Of a DNA stretch of 64,000 nt, positions 38,460 through 52,899 are shown piece by piece. Within the stretch, counting starts at the first letter, position 1; each line of letters starts with the position of its first letter. Below the pieces are notes generated by a model, which was not told where the DNA came from, searched no databases, and saw nothing but the letters and a program-made list of their open reading frames with translations. The translations under genes and the position numbers were made by a program. Origin of the DNA: Octopus vulgaris (taxonomy: Eukaryota); the NCBI GenBank assembly GCA_951406725.2, contig OX597814.1, forward strand, positions 117,552,001-117,616,000, written 5' to 3'.

Positions 38460-41400
38460 TACATACATACGTACGTATGTATGTATTTATGTTTATGAAT
38501 ATTTACGTATAGGTAAGTATACGTAAATATTTCTTTATAACTATATACGTGTGTGTATGTGTGTGTATGTGTGTGTGAATGTGTGTGTATATGTGTGTGT
38601 TTGCCTGTTTGTGCGCGTGTGTGTGCATGTGTGTGCATGTGTGCTTACAGCGGTGGGTGTTCGTACGTGACTCTAACTATACGTTTATATGAATACTCAT
38701 AAGTCTTTTCTGGTATAGACTCATATCATTTCCTCTGCATTTTCTGAGTTCTCTTATTCGTCATGTTACCTCGGGAGTTTCGGTAACCAATTAAAAATTT
38801 CTCATATATATATTGTAAAAATATATGATTCCATCGTGATTAAAAATCATCGATGCCTTGAACCTCAGTGCCTTAAATAATTTTACCTTTGTCCTGAATT
38901 TTCGACTAAAGTTTTAGGTTTTATTAGTAATTAAATTATTAACTACATTGCCACAGTATGTATTAAAAAAAAGGCGTATTGTTTAAATGCATTTCAGCTT
39001 GCGTTCAGTATAAATTCTTATATGATTGTAGTCAGTTCTTAGAAATATTTGGGTACTTGTTCCACGACAAAAAATTAAACTGAACTGAAACAATCAAGGC
39101 ATTTTCAAGTCTTCTTCCACTTGAGAGTCTGTAGCATTCGTGATTAGCTGTTTTTACTTTAGAGCGAACCAACATCCGACATGTAATTATTAAAAGAAAT
39201 ATTCCATATATTTCGTTTTGGGATTTGGTTTGCAATATTCTTTATATGAGTTCGTGTGTTGAAGCATATTCAGTTATATATATATATAATTCATATGTTA
39301 GATTTCAAATAATCCAAAAATGTGTGTAATATTCATTACATTAAGATATTGATAGATACATGTATGAACAAGAGATGAGTTGTGCTTGTTATGAAAGTAA
39401 TGCGGCTTGTTGTTTAATGAGGTCCGGGTTTTTACATAGGATGTTACTTTGTGAGCTCATACAAAAGTATATGCGCACATGTTACAGTACGTCATTATTC
39501 CAGGGATACTTTTTTCCTACATTTAGCTATTCATATATAACACACGGGTGTCTCTCTTTTCGTCATACAAAAGATATTGACATCTCTTCTTCACTATAAT
39601 ATGTCTTATATTTGTGTCATTTTACCAACATGCAGATGTCTTACACACACTTATGTAGACTCATATAAAAACATATGAAGAGTTGGTTGAGGTTTGTAAT
39701 TTAGGAAAAATTTCGTTGTCATTTCTAAGAATTTGAGATACAAGTGTGAAACACTGGCAGTAGTTTAGAGCAAACGAATCACCTCAGTAATACATTTGAT
39801 CTTTGTGCTATAAATTTGTTTTTGAATTTCTCTTTAGAGAATGAGCAAAATATAATGAAAATAAATAAACACATTTTAAAATTACGCATTTGAAAAATTT
39901 GTTCTTACGGCTAAATAAAATTGCAAACAGAACTGAAAGAAATCAAAGAAAAACAACGCGATCGCTTACAATAAATTTCAGTGGGTGTTTTTGGAAACAA
40001 TATTTGGTGAGAAAGAAAATTGAGTAAAGGAGAAGAAAGGGCAGATTTTTCTGTAGAAATTTAGAGAACGCAGCAAACGCCTAAAAGTGATATGAAAGAG
40101 TCTAGGGAATTGAAAACCGCAGTTATATACGAAACCATAAAATCTTCTCCGTTTTCAGAGAATGATGTGTGCGGTTTCGTTGGATCTTCACCTCTCTCTG
40201 TCCCTCTTTTTCCTTCCCACTCTCTCTCTCTGAATATATATATATATATTTACGAACACACTCATGTGTGTGTAAGCATATGTGGGTGTACGTGTATATA
40301 TATATATACAGTTACACTCACACATACGTACACATAATTGATATATGTAGATGTGTTTAGAGGCATATGCATATTTATGCTGTATTTGTACATATATTTA
40401 AATTTGTGAGAGTATGAGCGAGTGTGTACGTGTTGTACTGCTCTTTCTACCAATTCCAGTTACTCTAATTTAGCTCCAGCGGAAATTTAGTAAACGTAAG
40501 TTTATTTATACTTTTGCTGTAAAGGCATTTTGTGAGTGCTGTGTTTAGACAAAGTAAAAAAAAAAGGAAAAAGAAAAAATGATTTTGATACTGTGTATGA
40601 AATAATTAAAATAAAATTTTAAAAAATAATGATATTTCGCAATTTCAATATTTCCATTCAAAAATGTGTGCTTATGGCAAAAAATATTTGTGCACGTAAA
40701 ACCAAAACAAACAAATCCACACGCAACATATTTAAATTAACAATTTCGCAGAACCATATATTTCAGAATCGTTTAGAACATTTCGTGTGGGTTTAATTCC
40801 GAAAGGATTTAGAATACTTAATGATGGATTTATATCCAGAAGGAGAGTGAATACTGGAAGGGAAAATTTAAATTCGAAATATATAAGAGCTTTCTGGGTT
40901 TAAACCCCCTCGAAATCTAACATGAAGTGTTATTTGAAAAACAAAGTGGTTAATGGGAGGTAAATGGGAAATACATGGGGGGGGCATTGACGTTACACCG
41001 TCGATATCACTCGGTGATCTCTTCCATAAAATTAAACCCAAAGCTCATTCACAATCAGATCCCAAACACATATAGAGGACCCATGCCTACCAATATAAGA
41101 TCCATACGTGAAATTATCCATTTGTACAAAAGCTAATAAACAAGCTCAAACGCAGAGAAGTTATCACTCATACATTCCGACACGCATGCATTTCCATGCA
41201 TGCAAATTTACTGTCCTTTTTCGGTTTTCGGTGCACCTGAAATGACTGGCCATTAACTTGTTTTTGATCTCCTCTATCTTCAAAATGGTTTCACATGAAG
41301 CAACTTAGGCAAGTCCGAAATCCGTGCTAATAATCAGTTTTATACCCAATCGACACTTTCTATCTGAATATATCATATTGTGAAGATTTGAACCTTTAAA

Positions 41401-41505
41401 CTTAATACAATATATGAAAGTAAATTCCTTTTAAGTATGCACAGCCATTCACCATAATCATTACGATGTACACACCCGACGCATATATGTATAAATAAAT
41501 AAATA

Positions 41506-41566
<61 letters not shown>

Positions 41567-41617
41567 GCACACACACGCACACTCAAATACACACATATAT
41601 ATTAATAATAATAATGG

Positions 41618-41699
<82 letters not shown>

Positions 41700-41700
41700 T

Positions 41701-42255
41701 ACCCTGATGCAGTACCAGGCAGTGGCTCTCATAGCTTCTGATCTTAACTGATTGGAAGTGTTATCATGTACATTGTTTTGTCTTGGTATAAAAGATGGGC
41801 TACAGCAAATATTCTGCTCAATACGACAGATTTGCTTGTCAGTTGTTTGACCTTAACCAGTTGAGCATGTCCCTTAGTGGCTGACGATATGTGCATCTCT
41901 GATCACGATCAGAAGTAGTGGGGGAGCATCATAGCCATGTGTTGAGAGGGATTCTTTGGGGTTTGAATAATTCACCTCTGGAAACATGGGTGTTTCTTTC
42001 AACATCCTTAAACAACCCTTATTCAGGGACCTTTTGAGCAGGATGGGCTACTCAACCCGAAGAAATTTCTAACTGGGCCCAACCTGCAAGGTCATGTGCT
42101 GTTTATCTTGATATGAAATCACCATGTCGTGCACATATGGTTGTGATGCATGTGCCTGGTGTACCCTTATCAGACGTGTAGTCATGATGGGTATATTGGG
42201 CTTCGTATATTTTACCCCAGTGTCACTTTGATGGCATGAATTGCTCTCTCACTCA
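41701..42255 (+). mobile_element. ~555-bp non-coding element flanked by (TAA)n on both sides
   Basis: (TAC)n(TAA)n upstream and aataataatgataata downstream. Second copy at 1-346. No long ORF and no obvious tRNA head. Confidence 0.8.
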
Positions 42256-42875
42256 ATAATAATGATAATAATATGTATGTGTGTGTAGTGAGAAATATGT
42301 GTTTGAGTGCGCGTTTCTCTGCGAGCATGTATGTATATGAGTTGTGCATGAGTTTGTTCACACGTATGTGTGTAATAGTGCCCTCTATATAATATAAATA
42401 AATATTTTAAGTTGAAAAAAATTTACAGATTTTTCTCTTACGAGGTTTTCTCACGCTAACTACTTGATAATTTCTTATGAAGATTTTATTCTAATTTTAA
42501 ATTTATATTTTTCACCGGAACAGTTCAATACTGAATTTTTGTTCCGAGTAAGCACGTTGTTACCGAAATGCAATTCGAAAAGCCCACCATTTACATAGAT
42601 ATGTAGGGATGTACAGTTATATATGCTGCGATGGACACTGCGGTTGCTCGTCTGGTATGTTGTTCTTGTTCATTCATATATATCTTGAGTTCGTTGCACT
42701 GAAGAACATAAAATGCATATACTGCATTCATTGCGAAATCGCAAGTGATATGAAACTAAATTCTGTTTTTAAATGACTCGCTTCGAAGATTGCATTCAGT
42801 ACAATTTGTTTATTTTGGTAGTTTTGACTTTAAAAGTCCCTCCTAGCGTGCAGCATTTATGTGTAATAGTCCCTC

Positions 42876-42929
<54 letters not shown>

Positions 42930-43739
42930 TTGCAAATTGAGGCATGGCGTTCGATCATATAATAATATAAATAATATATATATATATGTATATATAAGCA
43001 CATATATGTACATCCCTACATATATATGTATATATACACGCATATATGGGTACAGGACGTCAAAAAACATGAACAAATTGAGAAACGAGAACAAAAAAAA
43101 ACACAAGCATGGAAAACGAAATTTTTCGAACAACGAAAGGAGCAAATAGAGAATCGAGACAGGCAACATAAAAAAATATTCCCTTCATCAGTTGTCCCCT
43201 GTTTTATCTACCCCGCGTTTTCGAAGGTAGAGAGAAGACGTGACTTCGTTAAAACAGTTCATCCGCAAAGCAAATTACATAAAATTTGGAATTGTTTGCG
43301 GAGGGAAACAACACAATAAGAACAAAACAGTAGAAACAAACGATGAGAACATCCATACGGTAATGAATAATATTTATATTTCGCTTGTCTTTTTATGTTG
43401 TAATGCTCGACTGCAGAAAAAAAATTATACTCGAGCTCATTTAGAGGAGAACATTATGCTGCAAGAACTCGTGTCAAATCGAATCCTCCAGTTCACAGAT
43501 ACGTTCTTTCTACCCAATCAGCAGATTGAGGCATATTATGATGTATCGAAACTAATGTCTCTTCTCCAAAGGAAACCATGTGAAATATATAATATATATA
43601 TATATTAATTCATATATATTCACACACACACACACACATGGTGATAGACGTTGGAGAGAGAATATTTAAATAAGACGTACTGCGTTGGTTTGCTGATAGG
43701 TTCCTAAGCTGAACAAGAGATTTTCATGGAGCGTGACAG

Positions 43740-44700
43740 GTTGAGGTTTATTTTTCAATATGGACACCATTTGTGGTTGACACACTTCTTTCATCGATGT
43801 TGGTGAAGAGTAGTTAATCCTGCTGGTAAAAACATATAATGAACAGCGGATATGACGTCTTTATCACTGCGATATTGGGTACCAACCGTTTTTTCAAGTT
43901 GGGAACAGATGATATTCAGAGGGAATAAAATCAGGAGGGTACGGAAACCGATAAACCAGTTTAAATCCAGAGTTACGCGCAGCAACTAAAGGCTCGAGTA
44001 TTTGATTCTTGTCCTGCAGAAACAAGACCCCTTTTCTCAGCTTTCGCAAGCATTTGCTTTTGATAAACTGTCGTAACTACCTCGACGATTGACACAGTCC
44101 ATTCTACTTCGAGCTTAGCCTTCTTTAGAGCAGGTGAGATATTTCCATTACAGGGATTGTCTCTATGCCACTAGATCAAAGTGATGAAGCAGACACTTAT
44201 CTTGTGTTACGAAAAGTTCTACAAAACCAGCTGGATCTATCACAAATAATATCACATTTTCCTTTGATGTGATCAGCCTGGTGGCCTGAAGACGTGGAAT
44301 CCACCAACCATCAACCATCGTCATGCAAATCTATTGTGTAGAATAATCTCAACTGTCCCATATGCTAGTAGCATTCGATATTTCGTTTATACTGAATCGT
44401 TTCGTCGTCTATCAACATGTGGTAAAGACGACCAATGTTTTTTTCTCTTGGGAGCAGTTGTAAGACCTACAAACCTTAGGCCACCTTCAAGACTCTCCCT
44501 CCCTCTCCTAAATTCAGCTGCACTTTTGCATGACAGATACATCTGAAGCTTGAACCTCTAATGTAGTCGCAAAGTGTTTTGGAGCCTAAAGCATTGCTTG
44601 AAGACACAAGGTACTATGTTAAAATCTACCACATTGTTGTCTTTCCACAACATGATATTATCCCTGGTGCATATTGAAATATTGCGTTTTTAAAATTATA
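43740..44700 (-). pseudogene. Decayed mariner transposase
   Basis: Residual YRSDKDVISAV near 43845-43875, plus fragmentary similarity to mariner C-terminal and HTH regions; many disablements. Confidence 0.55.
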
Positions 44701-46346
44701 TTTATCTCTTAGTAGATTAGCACTACCTATATCAGAACTGTAAATTTAAAAATATGTGTGTGTTGTGCGTCGTGTGTGTATGTGTGTGGACTGATTTGCG
44801 AAATGTTTTTTAATGAAATCGTGTTTCATTCCATCAGTTAGTCAATTAACTTTCTGTCAATGTGTAAAATTATAAACTTACAAATTTTTACGAACTTTTT
44901 TCTTCATCATAAGTATCTATATAAATGTTGAACACGGTTGACTGAATAGCTTATTTACACATTCTTGAAAATATTTCGTATTCAAACGTTTTTCTTCGTC
45001 CAATATATTTATCTCCTTGTGTGATTAAATTTCTTATAGATGGTGCGGAATCAAGTATAAAATAATGAAGTCTGCATTCGTGATTATCTTCGGAATATAT
45101 TTCTTCAATTTTCCATTTTAATTCATGTTTGTAATGCTAAATTGGCAAATATAATTTGTTAATTAATATTACATTAATTTTAATTCTGTAATCGCCAATA
45201 TTGAATAAAAACATATTAATATTGTCGTCAATTCACCAATGCACGACTCCGTCTTTTAATAACTTTAGTATTTCAGAAAGATAAAAATCTAAATAATGAT
45301 AAAATAACATTGATACATTTCTACTTATTCATTAAATCAAAATATTCCACACATATGGCACTAATAGAGCTGATGCTTCTCTTCAGCAACTACAAGTCGT
45401 AAGGTGAAGGACAAAACTTCAACAAGAAGGGATATATAGGTAAAATATTCTTGGAAGAGTGAAACTGGACAATGGTTTTGGATGGTGTTCGGGTGTGTAC
45501 AATATAATGTATACAGTGAAGACAGGAAGAACGTCTTTTCTTGAATCTAGTCTGCTCCACTAAAAATAAGGGGTTGACCGCTATACGAATCCTTTAGAGA
45601 AAAACAGAATAAAAATAGCATAAATGTGAGTTTATGACTTGCTAGCAAATAGTTTCAATGTAACTTTGATTTTTATCCTTTTTCTGCCTGACACACTTTC
45701 TTGAGAGCATCTGGGAAACTGTTACAACTTCCTAATTCCTGGATTTATATTACAAATCAATATTTCAACCGTATGTTTTGTCGCATATAGAAAAGACAAA
45801 ATAAACTGCAGGGTGCAGTTGACTCTGATTATACTCAGAATTAAAATACTCCGAATTTTAGCAATCATTCTGATGTTCTGTAAAGTGCATAGGAGGAATA
45901 GGGAATTTAAATTGATCGATTATCTATTCCAACGTTTTTGGCGCTGCGCCAATGCTACATCAAAATGTAACTGGAGGTTTGCACTTAAACAAGGATATAA
46001 ATTTGTTTGATATATGTTCAGGTATGGATATATGATATTTCTGAAAGTAAAAGCAATCCTTATATTTTGACAACATCAAAGAAATTTTAGCAGAGGAGAG
46101 GGCAAAGGAAAATTTAGTTCATGACATTTTTCAATTGAACACTTATACAATGTAAACCAGAATTTATATTATCCTTATCGATTTCTGTAATTCCTTGGTT
46201 GTTCGCCAGTGGCACCGTGGTGTGTATGTACATAAATACATACGTAAGTATGTATGTACATACATAGATACATACATACATACATATGCATGTTTTCTTA
46301 TACATATATATATATGTATGTATATATATATATTTATTTATTTATA

Positions 46347-46656
46347 TGTGGAGGCGCAATGGCCTAGTGGTTAGGGCAGCGGACTCGCGGTCACAGGATC
46401 GCGGTTTCGATTCCCAGACCGGGCATTGTGAGTGGTTATTGAGCGAAAACACCTAAAGGCTCCACGAGGCTCCGGCAGGGGATGGTGGTGATCCCTGCTG
46501 TACTCTTTCACCACTCTTTCTCCCACTCTTTCTTCTGTTGGCCTGCTCGCTTAGCCAGCGGGGTGGCGTCATTCGAAGGCTAAAACAATGCGAACGCATT
46601 GTGACCAGCGATGTGTAACAGCATCTGATGGTCTGGTCGGTCACGTGATCACGTGA
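46347..46656 (+). mobile_element. tRNA-derived SINE with (CACGTGAT)n-like tail, in (TA)n
   Basis: tggcctagtggttagg (A box), ggtttcgattccc (B box), unique body, tail tcacgtgatcacgtgat. Confidence 0.85.
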
Positions 46657-46660
46657 TATA

Positions 46661-46708
<48 letters not shown>

Positions 46709-46809
46709 ATATTATATAAAGAAAGAGAGAGAGTGATAGGTACATATGCACATCTATATATATATATATACACACAGACGTGTGTGTTTATGTATATGTA
46801 TATGTATAT

Positions 46810-46841
<32 letters not shown>

Positions 46842-46851
46842 GTATGTATAC

Positions 46852-46906
<55 letters not shown>

Positions 46907-46930
46907 CATACAAACATATACATATATATA

Positions 46931-46968
<38 letters not shown>

Positions 46969-47099
46969 CTTATATGCTTATGTATGTATGTGTGTGCAGT
47001 ATATATGGACATTTTTCAGACCATTTCAAAAGTCATTATAAGAAACTTTGTTGCATATTAGTATATTATTAAAGTTTGTTTTTTATGACATGATTTTTG

Positions 47100-48250
47100 C
47101 TAATGTTATTTTTTTATGTTTCAGACGGCGAATAACGTTTCTTTTATGTTTCAGACAATAGCTACTCCACATGAAAAGGCACATTCTGTCTTGTTTTATC
47201 GAAACAAAGACGGCTTTTCAAGCACGAAGAAATCACGCAACTAAATATGGAAAATATTCTGCAGTAACTGAGTCGATTCTCAAAGGGCCTAAGCAATTTT
47301 TGGAAACGAGGATGGTTTTATATAAACCGAGGCCTAGAACGACATGGAAATTTGAAGAAAATATTGACCGTGTCTGTCAGTAATTTGAACGAGTCCTATG
47401 TGCATCTGTGTTCTACTTCCACTCAACAATAACTCCCAGTATCAACAATTCAGAAAGTGCATTATAAGAAGCTGAGGCTTTATGCATATAGAATTCAATT
47501 ATTGAAAGCTATTAACGTAAATAGCAAACAACTACGAAAAGAATTTGCTTTTACAATCCTATAAAAAGCCGAAGAAGATGACTTACATAATCGCATTTAC
47601 TTTATGGATGAGGTATACTTTCTTGTATCTGGAAAACGTATCAAGCGTAATGCATGGATTTGGGAATCTGAAATTCTTCCCATTGCTAGGGAAAATCGAA
47701 CATGGTAGAAGATCAATTTGTAACGCGGTATTTTGTGCACCAAATTAATTAGTCAAATTTTCTTTTGTAAAAGACAATAATAGTTGACACCTTCGTCTTT
47801 TGACAGAATACGTTGTGACACAACTAGAAGAATTCCATCCAAATGACATTTTTCAGGAAGATGGTGTACCGCATTATTGGAGAATTAGCGTCCACGGATT
47901 TTTAAATGAAAGGTTTCCCGATCGTTGGAAGCAAGAGGTGGGCGATTCCTTGCCTTCCCTTTGAACTGTTTATTGTGGGTCTATACGAAAGATGCCATTT
48001 ATCGCACTAAAGTAAATGACTGAACTTAAGTAAAATGAATAAAAAGAAATAAGGGATGCCAATGCTACCAATGATGAAGATTTGTTTTGAAGGACATTGA
48101 AAGGAATTGAATATCGCTCAAATGTCCTTCGTACATCGAAGGCGTAAATAAACTACACTACGTTATATTATATACGTATCAAAAGTATCCATTTTCCATT
48201 GTAATTTAAATAATTCTTTTTTACCTCTCTGATTTTGTGGACACCCTACA
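47100..48250 (+). pseudogene. Decayed Tc1/mariner-superfamily transposon (rosa/DD41D-like)
   Basis: RPRTT..EENIDRV, F.DE..F..SG, FQEDGVPHY, FLNERFPDRW remnants; TIR-like ggacacccta at ~48239-48248. Confidence 0.65.
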
Positions 48251-48309
48251 CATACACAGACAGACTGACACACACACACGCACATACACACACTTATATA
48301 TATATACAT

Positions 48310-48890
48310 ATCAATGACGAAGACTGAAATCAGATCCAGTCTGATCTACAAATCTACATGCTGTCAATGGGTAGAAAAAAAACAAAATGCAAGTAAGCGA
48401 GGGAAAATTTTGAACTGATGCGTTTTGGAAAAAAGACTATGCTAAAACAGACATATCCTCTTCCTTCAGGGGAACATCTCACAGGATCTAACAATATCAG
48501 ATACCTAGGAGTAATTGTTGATAACAATCACTGTTGGAGTTCCCACAACATTAAGCTCGATATAGTTCGTAAAATGAACTGCCGAATCCTAAGAACCTTC
48601 CGGTGTCATCATTCTACTTTCCTCCTCCTTTGTACGGCCACACCTCGGATAATGCTGCCCTCTGCTCTCTCCCCATACCAAACAAAACAACTCGAAAATT
48701 GAATCACCCTAGATGACATTTACTAAAGGAATTAAGGGCATGACTGATCTCAGTTATTGGGACCGCTTTAAAGCATTGGAACTCTCTCCAATCTAGCGCT
48801 ACGGTCAACGATATATCATTTGCCCGATGTGGAGAATATACCACCAGCATTGCCCAAACGACCTCATGATTCGCTTCAAAATTCATGCAT
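48310..48890 (+). pseudogene. CR1/L2-group LINE RT C-terminal remnant
   Basis: IQSDL, LMRFGK, IRYLGVIVDN..CWSSH, ILRTF, SPY, FTK.I.GM.DLSYWDR across frameshifts. Confidence 0.7.
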
Positions 48891-49790
48891 ATCGGCGTAT
48901 ATGTCTATGCACACAACGGCATTTCCTTTGCAAATTGTACAGCAGTTTGAGGCCAGGTTTTTCATCTTCCGCGGCACATTTTCCTCGGTTTCTTAGGCTA
49001 GACTTTCTCTTATTCAACTGTTTCATTTTGCTGATCCCGTTGCTTGGTTCACACTCCTTTCGATAATCGGATACTATGTTTCACTCCAAATAATTCATTT
49101 CCTGTATCGTATATTGGGCTTGTTAACTTTTCCAGTTTCTCCACTGTAGATCCTATCATTTTATAAAGAGCTCGACATACCTTGTTTTCAAACTCTTTAT
49201 ATTTTCTTTCTTATTAGCAGCAGGCTACTGAACCCTCAGTTTCCTCCGAGTACTATCGGATGCATCAGTTTCATAATTTGTAAAGTCCTGTCAGGAAGAG
49301 GGCTTTCCTGTAGCATTTATCGATCCGCTGTGGTTTGAGTCCGGGGATGATTTGCCACGAGTTTTACGATTAGATGATACACACTGCTCTGTCCTCCTCA
49401 TACAAGCTTTTTCCTGACGTATCTTCAAGCCTCTCTCGCCTCTCTCGGTTGTAAAGGTTCTACAGCACAGCTTGCATCCGAAGTTGTTTGCATTTCGTTC
49501 CCTGTTCGAATGAATAGCCGTAATCATGTCCAAGGTCATTTCTGTGTTAACTGGGTTTGATTTATACTCAACTCCAACGTCTCATTCGATCATGGTCGAT
49601 CTTACAAAGGCGAGGATTTTGAGTCCGCAGCCACCGCCAGTTTTTCCTGGTGTCGATAGTCATATCCATTGTCCACTTGTGTTTTCGAGTAGTTTTCTTG
49701 TCTTTCCAAGATACCTTACCGTCTTTCCGGTCGGTCAGTGGTTACCTAGAGCAAGGTCTTAGATGTTTTACAAACAACTTGCACATGCAA
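48890..49790 (-). mobile_element. 5' part (UTR plus N-terminal zinc finger) of a HERO-like RLE retrotransposon
   Basis: GCKLCCRTFTTERGERGLKIRQEKAC...DSNHSG resembles the HERO N-terminal C..C...RGLKIHQ...C...NHS. Confidence 0.6.
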
Positions 49791-49799
49791 GTGGTACCA

Positions 49800-50170
49800 G
49801 TCAAAAACTCCCCATATCGGAAGCCAGCAAGTGTATAGGGTCATCAGAAGAGAAGGCGCGCCGTTTCGAGGCCTACCTCTCGACGTCATCAATGCATTAC
49901 GCCTCATCCTCACTGATTTGAGTCTACGCTTGCTAGATCAACCGGTTATCAAATAAAGCTCAATATTCTTCTAGCCATCGCTCTCTTTTTAACCAAATCC
50001 ATTGGCTAGCCTTTTCCACTGTAGTTTGGATATCGTTGGCATTTACATTACGATGAGTTAGACCTAACGATAACAACTGTCGTCTCACACTGTGTCCAAC
50101 AAACCCTCCATATCCGACTTCGATTAGAAAATGCTACGCTTTCCAGCCTGCATCTTGACATTCCACGAGG
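49800..50170 (-). mobile_element. 3' end (RLE C-terminus plus 3' UTR) of a HERO-like retrotransposon
   Basis: VECQDAGWKA*HFLIEVGYGGFVGHSVRRQLLSLGL...VEKASQWIWLKRE matches the HERO pattern GW...EVG.RGF...S...E.AS.W.W.KR. Confidence 0.75.
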
Positions 50171-52899
50171 TGGTTTACATAGCTGTCTATCAAAATATCG
50201 CCTGCAATATGCTTGCTCTTCATATCTATCATAATCCTTTGCTACATAAATACAGCATATATAACATATAGATATAGAATTTCTATTACTTTAAACTAAA
50301 GGCAACGTTGACATATCAGATACATAAGGAAAGAAGATGAAACTGTTTACTTAAGATGCAACAGGTATTTAGGATAACACTACCCAATGTAATTTCTTAT
50401 AAGAGAAAGGAATTTGCTTATCAAGGGTATTGATTTTATAATGCGCCAAATAGACTAGATGCGTGTTATCACTGTTTTTCGTGTTTATACGTAATCACCA
50501 AGACTTACTTCGAAAAAATATCGATATAATTTTGAATGCTTAAATGTGCTTTTCCCAGAGTGAACATACACTTTAATAAGTATATGTAACCGACAAGGCT
50601 AAGATGGTGGTAAATATCACGTATGGATGTTCAAGGACTAAATTACTTCTTGGAAATGGTTCTTAAGTGTAAAATAGTTTCTAGCCTTGGAAATGTTATC
50701 CTCCAATTTCAAGAACATTATATAAGATCAGTATATGGATAGATTTAATGTATCAAATGGATGATTATAAACTGGTTAAATAATTGCTTTACATTTTCAT
50801 ACCTTTTTGTATATTCATTTTGTTATTTTATTCTATTAGAGTCTATTTAAGTGGTGTGTATATAGTGTCAACTTGCAGGTATTGCAATCGAAAATTAATA
50901 GCTATTACATTTGTATACGCATGCGTAAGTGCTTGAGGGTAGGAATCCATGTGAGATAGTTTGAACTTATTTACACCTTAACATTAAATAAATAAAACTT
51001 TGCAGTTAGTTTGACGTCAAAAATAAGATGTAAAGATATTGGAGTAAAAATAATGAGGATCCTTTAATACACATACTCAATGTATGGAAAATATTGCCAC
51101 AGTCACACATAAACATACTGCAGGAATACACATGCAGTTGCATGTGGTTGTATGCAGATGCCTATAGATATATGCATACGTACATACATACACACAAAAA
51201 TATACATTTTGTATATACGTAAAATGTATACGGCATACATACATAAATACATACATACATACAGGTATATATACGTTTTTTTTTCTTCCCAAACAACACT
51301 TATTTTAGTAGTGTTGTCATCGCTGGATTGAATGGTACTGCTCAGGTGTCAAAACCATAATGATATCCATGTGGTAGCTGGTGATGGAGGAATATTGGAT
51401 TGTTGGTATGTATGTATACATCCTTTTGATGTATACATACATATATATATATATATGCTATATTTCGGGAGGGTCATTTTTCCACAAATGAATACACGCA
51501 CTATGTATAAGTTCTTCACTTCAGCTTTATTATTTACCTTATTTGTTTGTCGTTTATCTTAAATCTTTCGTCAAACATTCTCAGAACTCTTCAGCAACTG
51601 CCCCTCCAACGTGTCTGCTCCGGTTCTCTTTAGTCAATTCTCGCTTTCTATGGTGTGTATCTTTATCTTCTCATGCATTTGCGCCTGCGTCTGTGTACAC
51701 ACGCATCTCTATGTGTTTTGTCTCTATGTGTTTTGTAGGCATTAATAATTACTCTTCTAATCCGGAGGTTGAAGATACTCATATATTCGATTTCCACCCT
51801 AAACCATACCATTGTATCTCCAAGCGCATGATATTATTTTCTTTTTCATGTGATTCTAAGGGCAAAAGTATTAGCAGGGCCCTAACTATCGTTAGAACTA
51901 GAGTAGTGGAATTTGTGTAAATTTTTCAATTGTTATCGATTCTTCTAAATTTTCCTTATGTTTGATCTGAGACATTGAAACATTTACTTAAGATTTTTTA
52001 ATAAGCACACTAGAAATATTATTCGACCAAATTCACTATATTTGAAAACTCTGCTGGCTAGAATTAAATCAATATAGGCACTGGAAACCACAGTAGATAA
52101 GAATGATGAAGTGCCTAGAATTTATGATGTGTTTACACTCGAAGATTGGCGCTAGACGTGGTACTTTATTTCAGAGAAACCTTTCAATGTTGTGGTCTAA
52201 ATAATACAGAGCTGCTTCACAATGCCACAGCCTCTTCTAGTATCAACGTTAAATTAAAAGTAGACTGGGCAACTTTCGCAGAAATTAGTGAATGATATTT
52301 TTATCGATTACTATATTGGAAAGAATATTTCTCAGCCCAGCTCTGAATGCCTAGGCACCTTACTTACTGAGAAGGGCCGGGTGGGTTTGAACCACTGTGA
52401 TTGACGATACACCGATGATATTTTGAGAACTTCTCCGTATGATACATCACAGCTAAAGCCGTTAAACATTAGAGATACACTATAAAGAATATACATACCC
52501 TTATTTTAATATATTATTGTTTGAATGAATTGTATTGATTAATTGTAGCCTGGACTGCTTCCGCTCAAATCAGTGAGTGATTTGTTTACCAATTTCTATA
52601 TAGGAACGTTTATTTTTGACTTATTTGAGAATGCCCGGTGGGTATTTTACCAGCAAGCGGTTTATAATTTATAACTCAGACAACATACTTAACTTAAAAA
52701 GCGGGATATTATATCATTCAGCCCACTGTTTATATGTCAAGAATTGAAAAAATATATCAAGAAACTTACAAACACTCTGTTATCATTACGTAATTATTTG
52801 ATTTATAGGTAAATTTAATAATCTTTTCAACCGAAATCAAGTGGGAAAAAGCGTTGATTCTTAAATAATATTACAAAATATACTTCGAAAACTTCATCG

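Noticed and set aside
43150-43235. GAAA...CTGATGA on minus, possible type II hammerhead
   Set aside because: Stems I and III cannot be formed convincingly.
46347-46425. Functional tRNA gene (also 18521-18585 and 11860-11929)
   Set aside because: Acceptor and anticodon stems are incomplete and each continues into a SINE-like body.
51555-51600. CTGAAGA...GAAA on minus near a (TA)n tract
   Set aside because: Possibly a decayed HHR, but stems I and III do not pair, so it is not counted.
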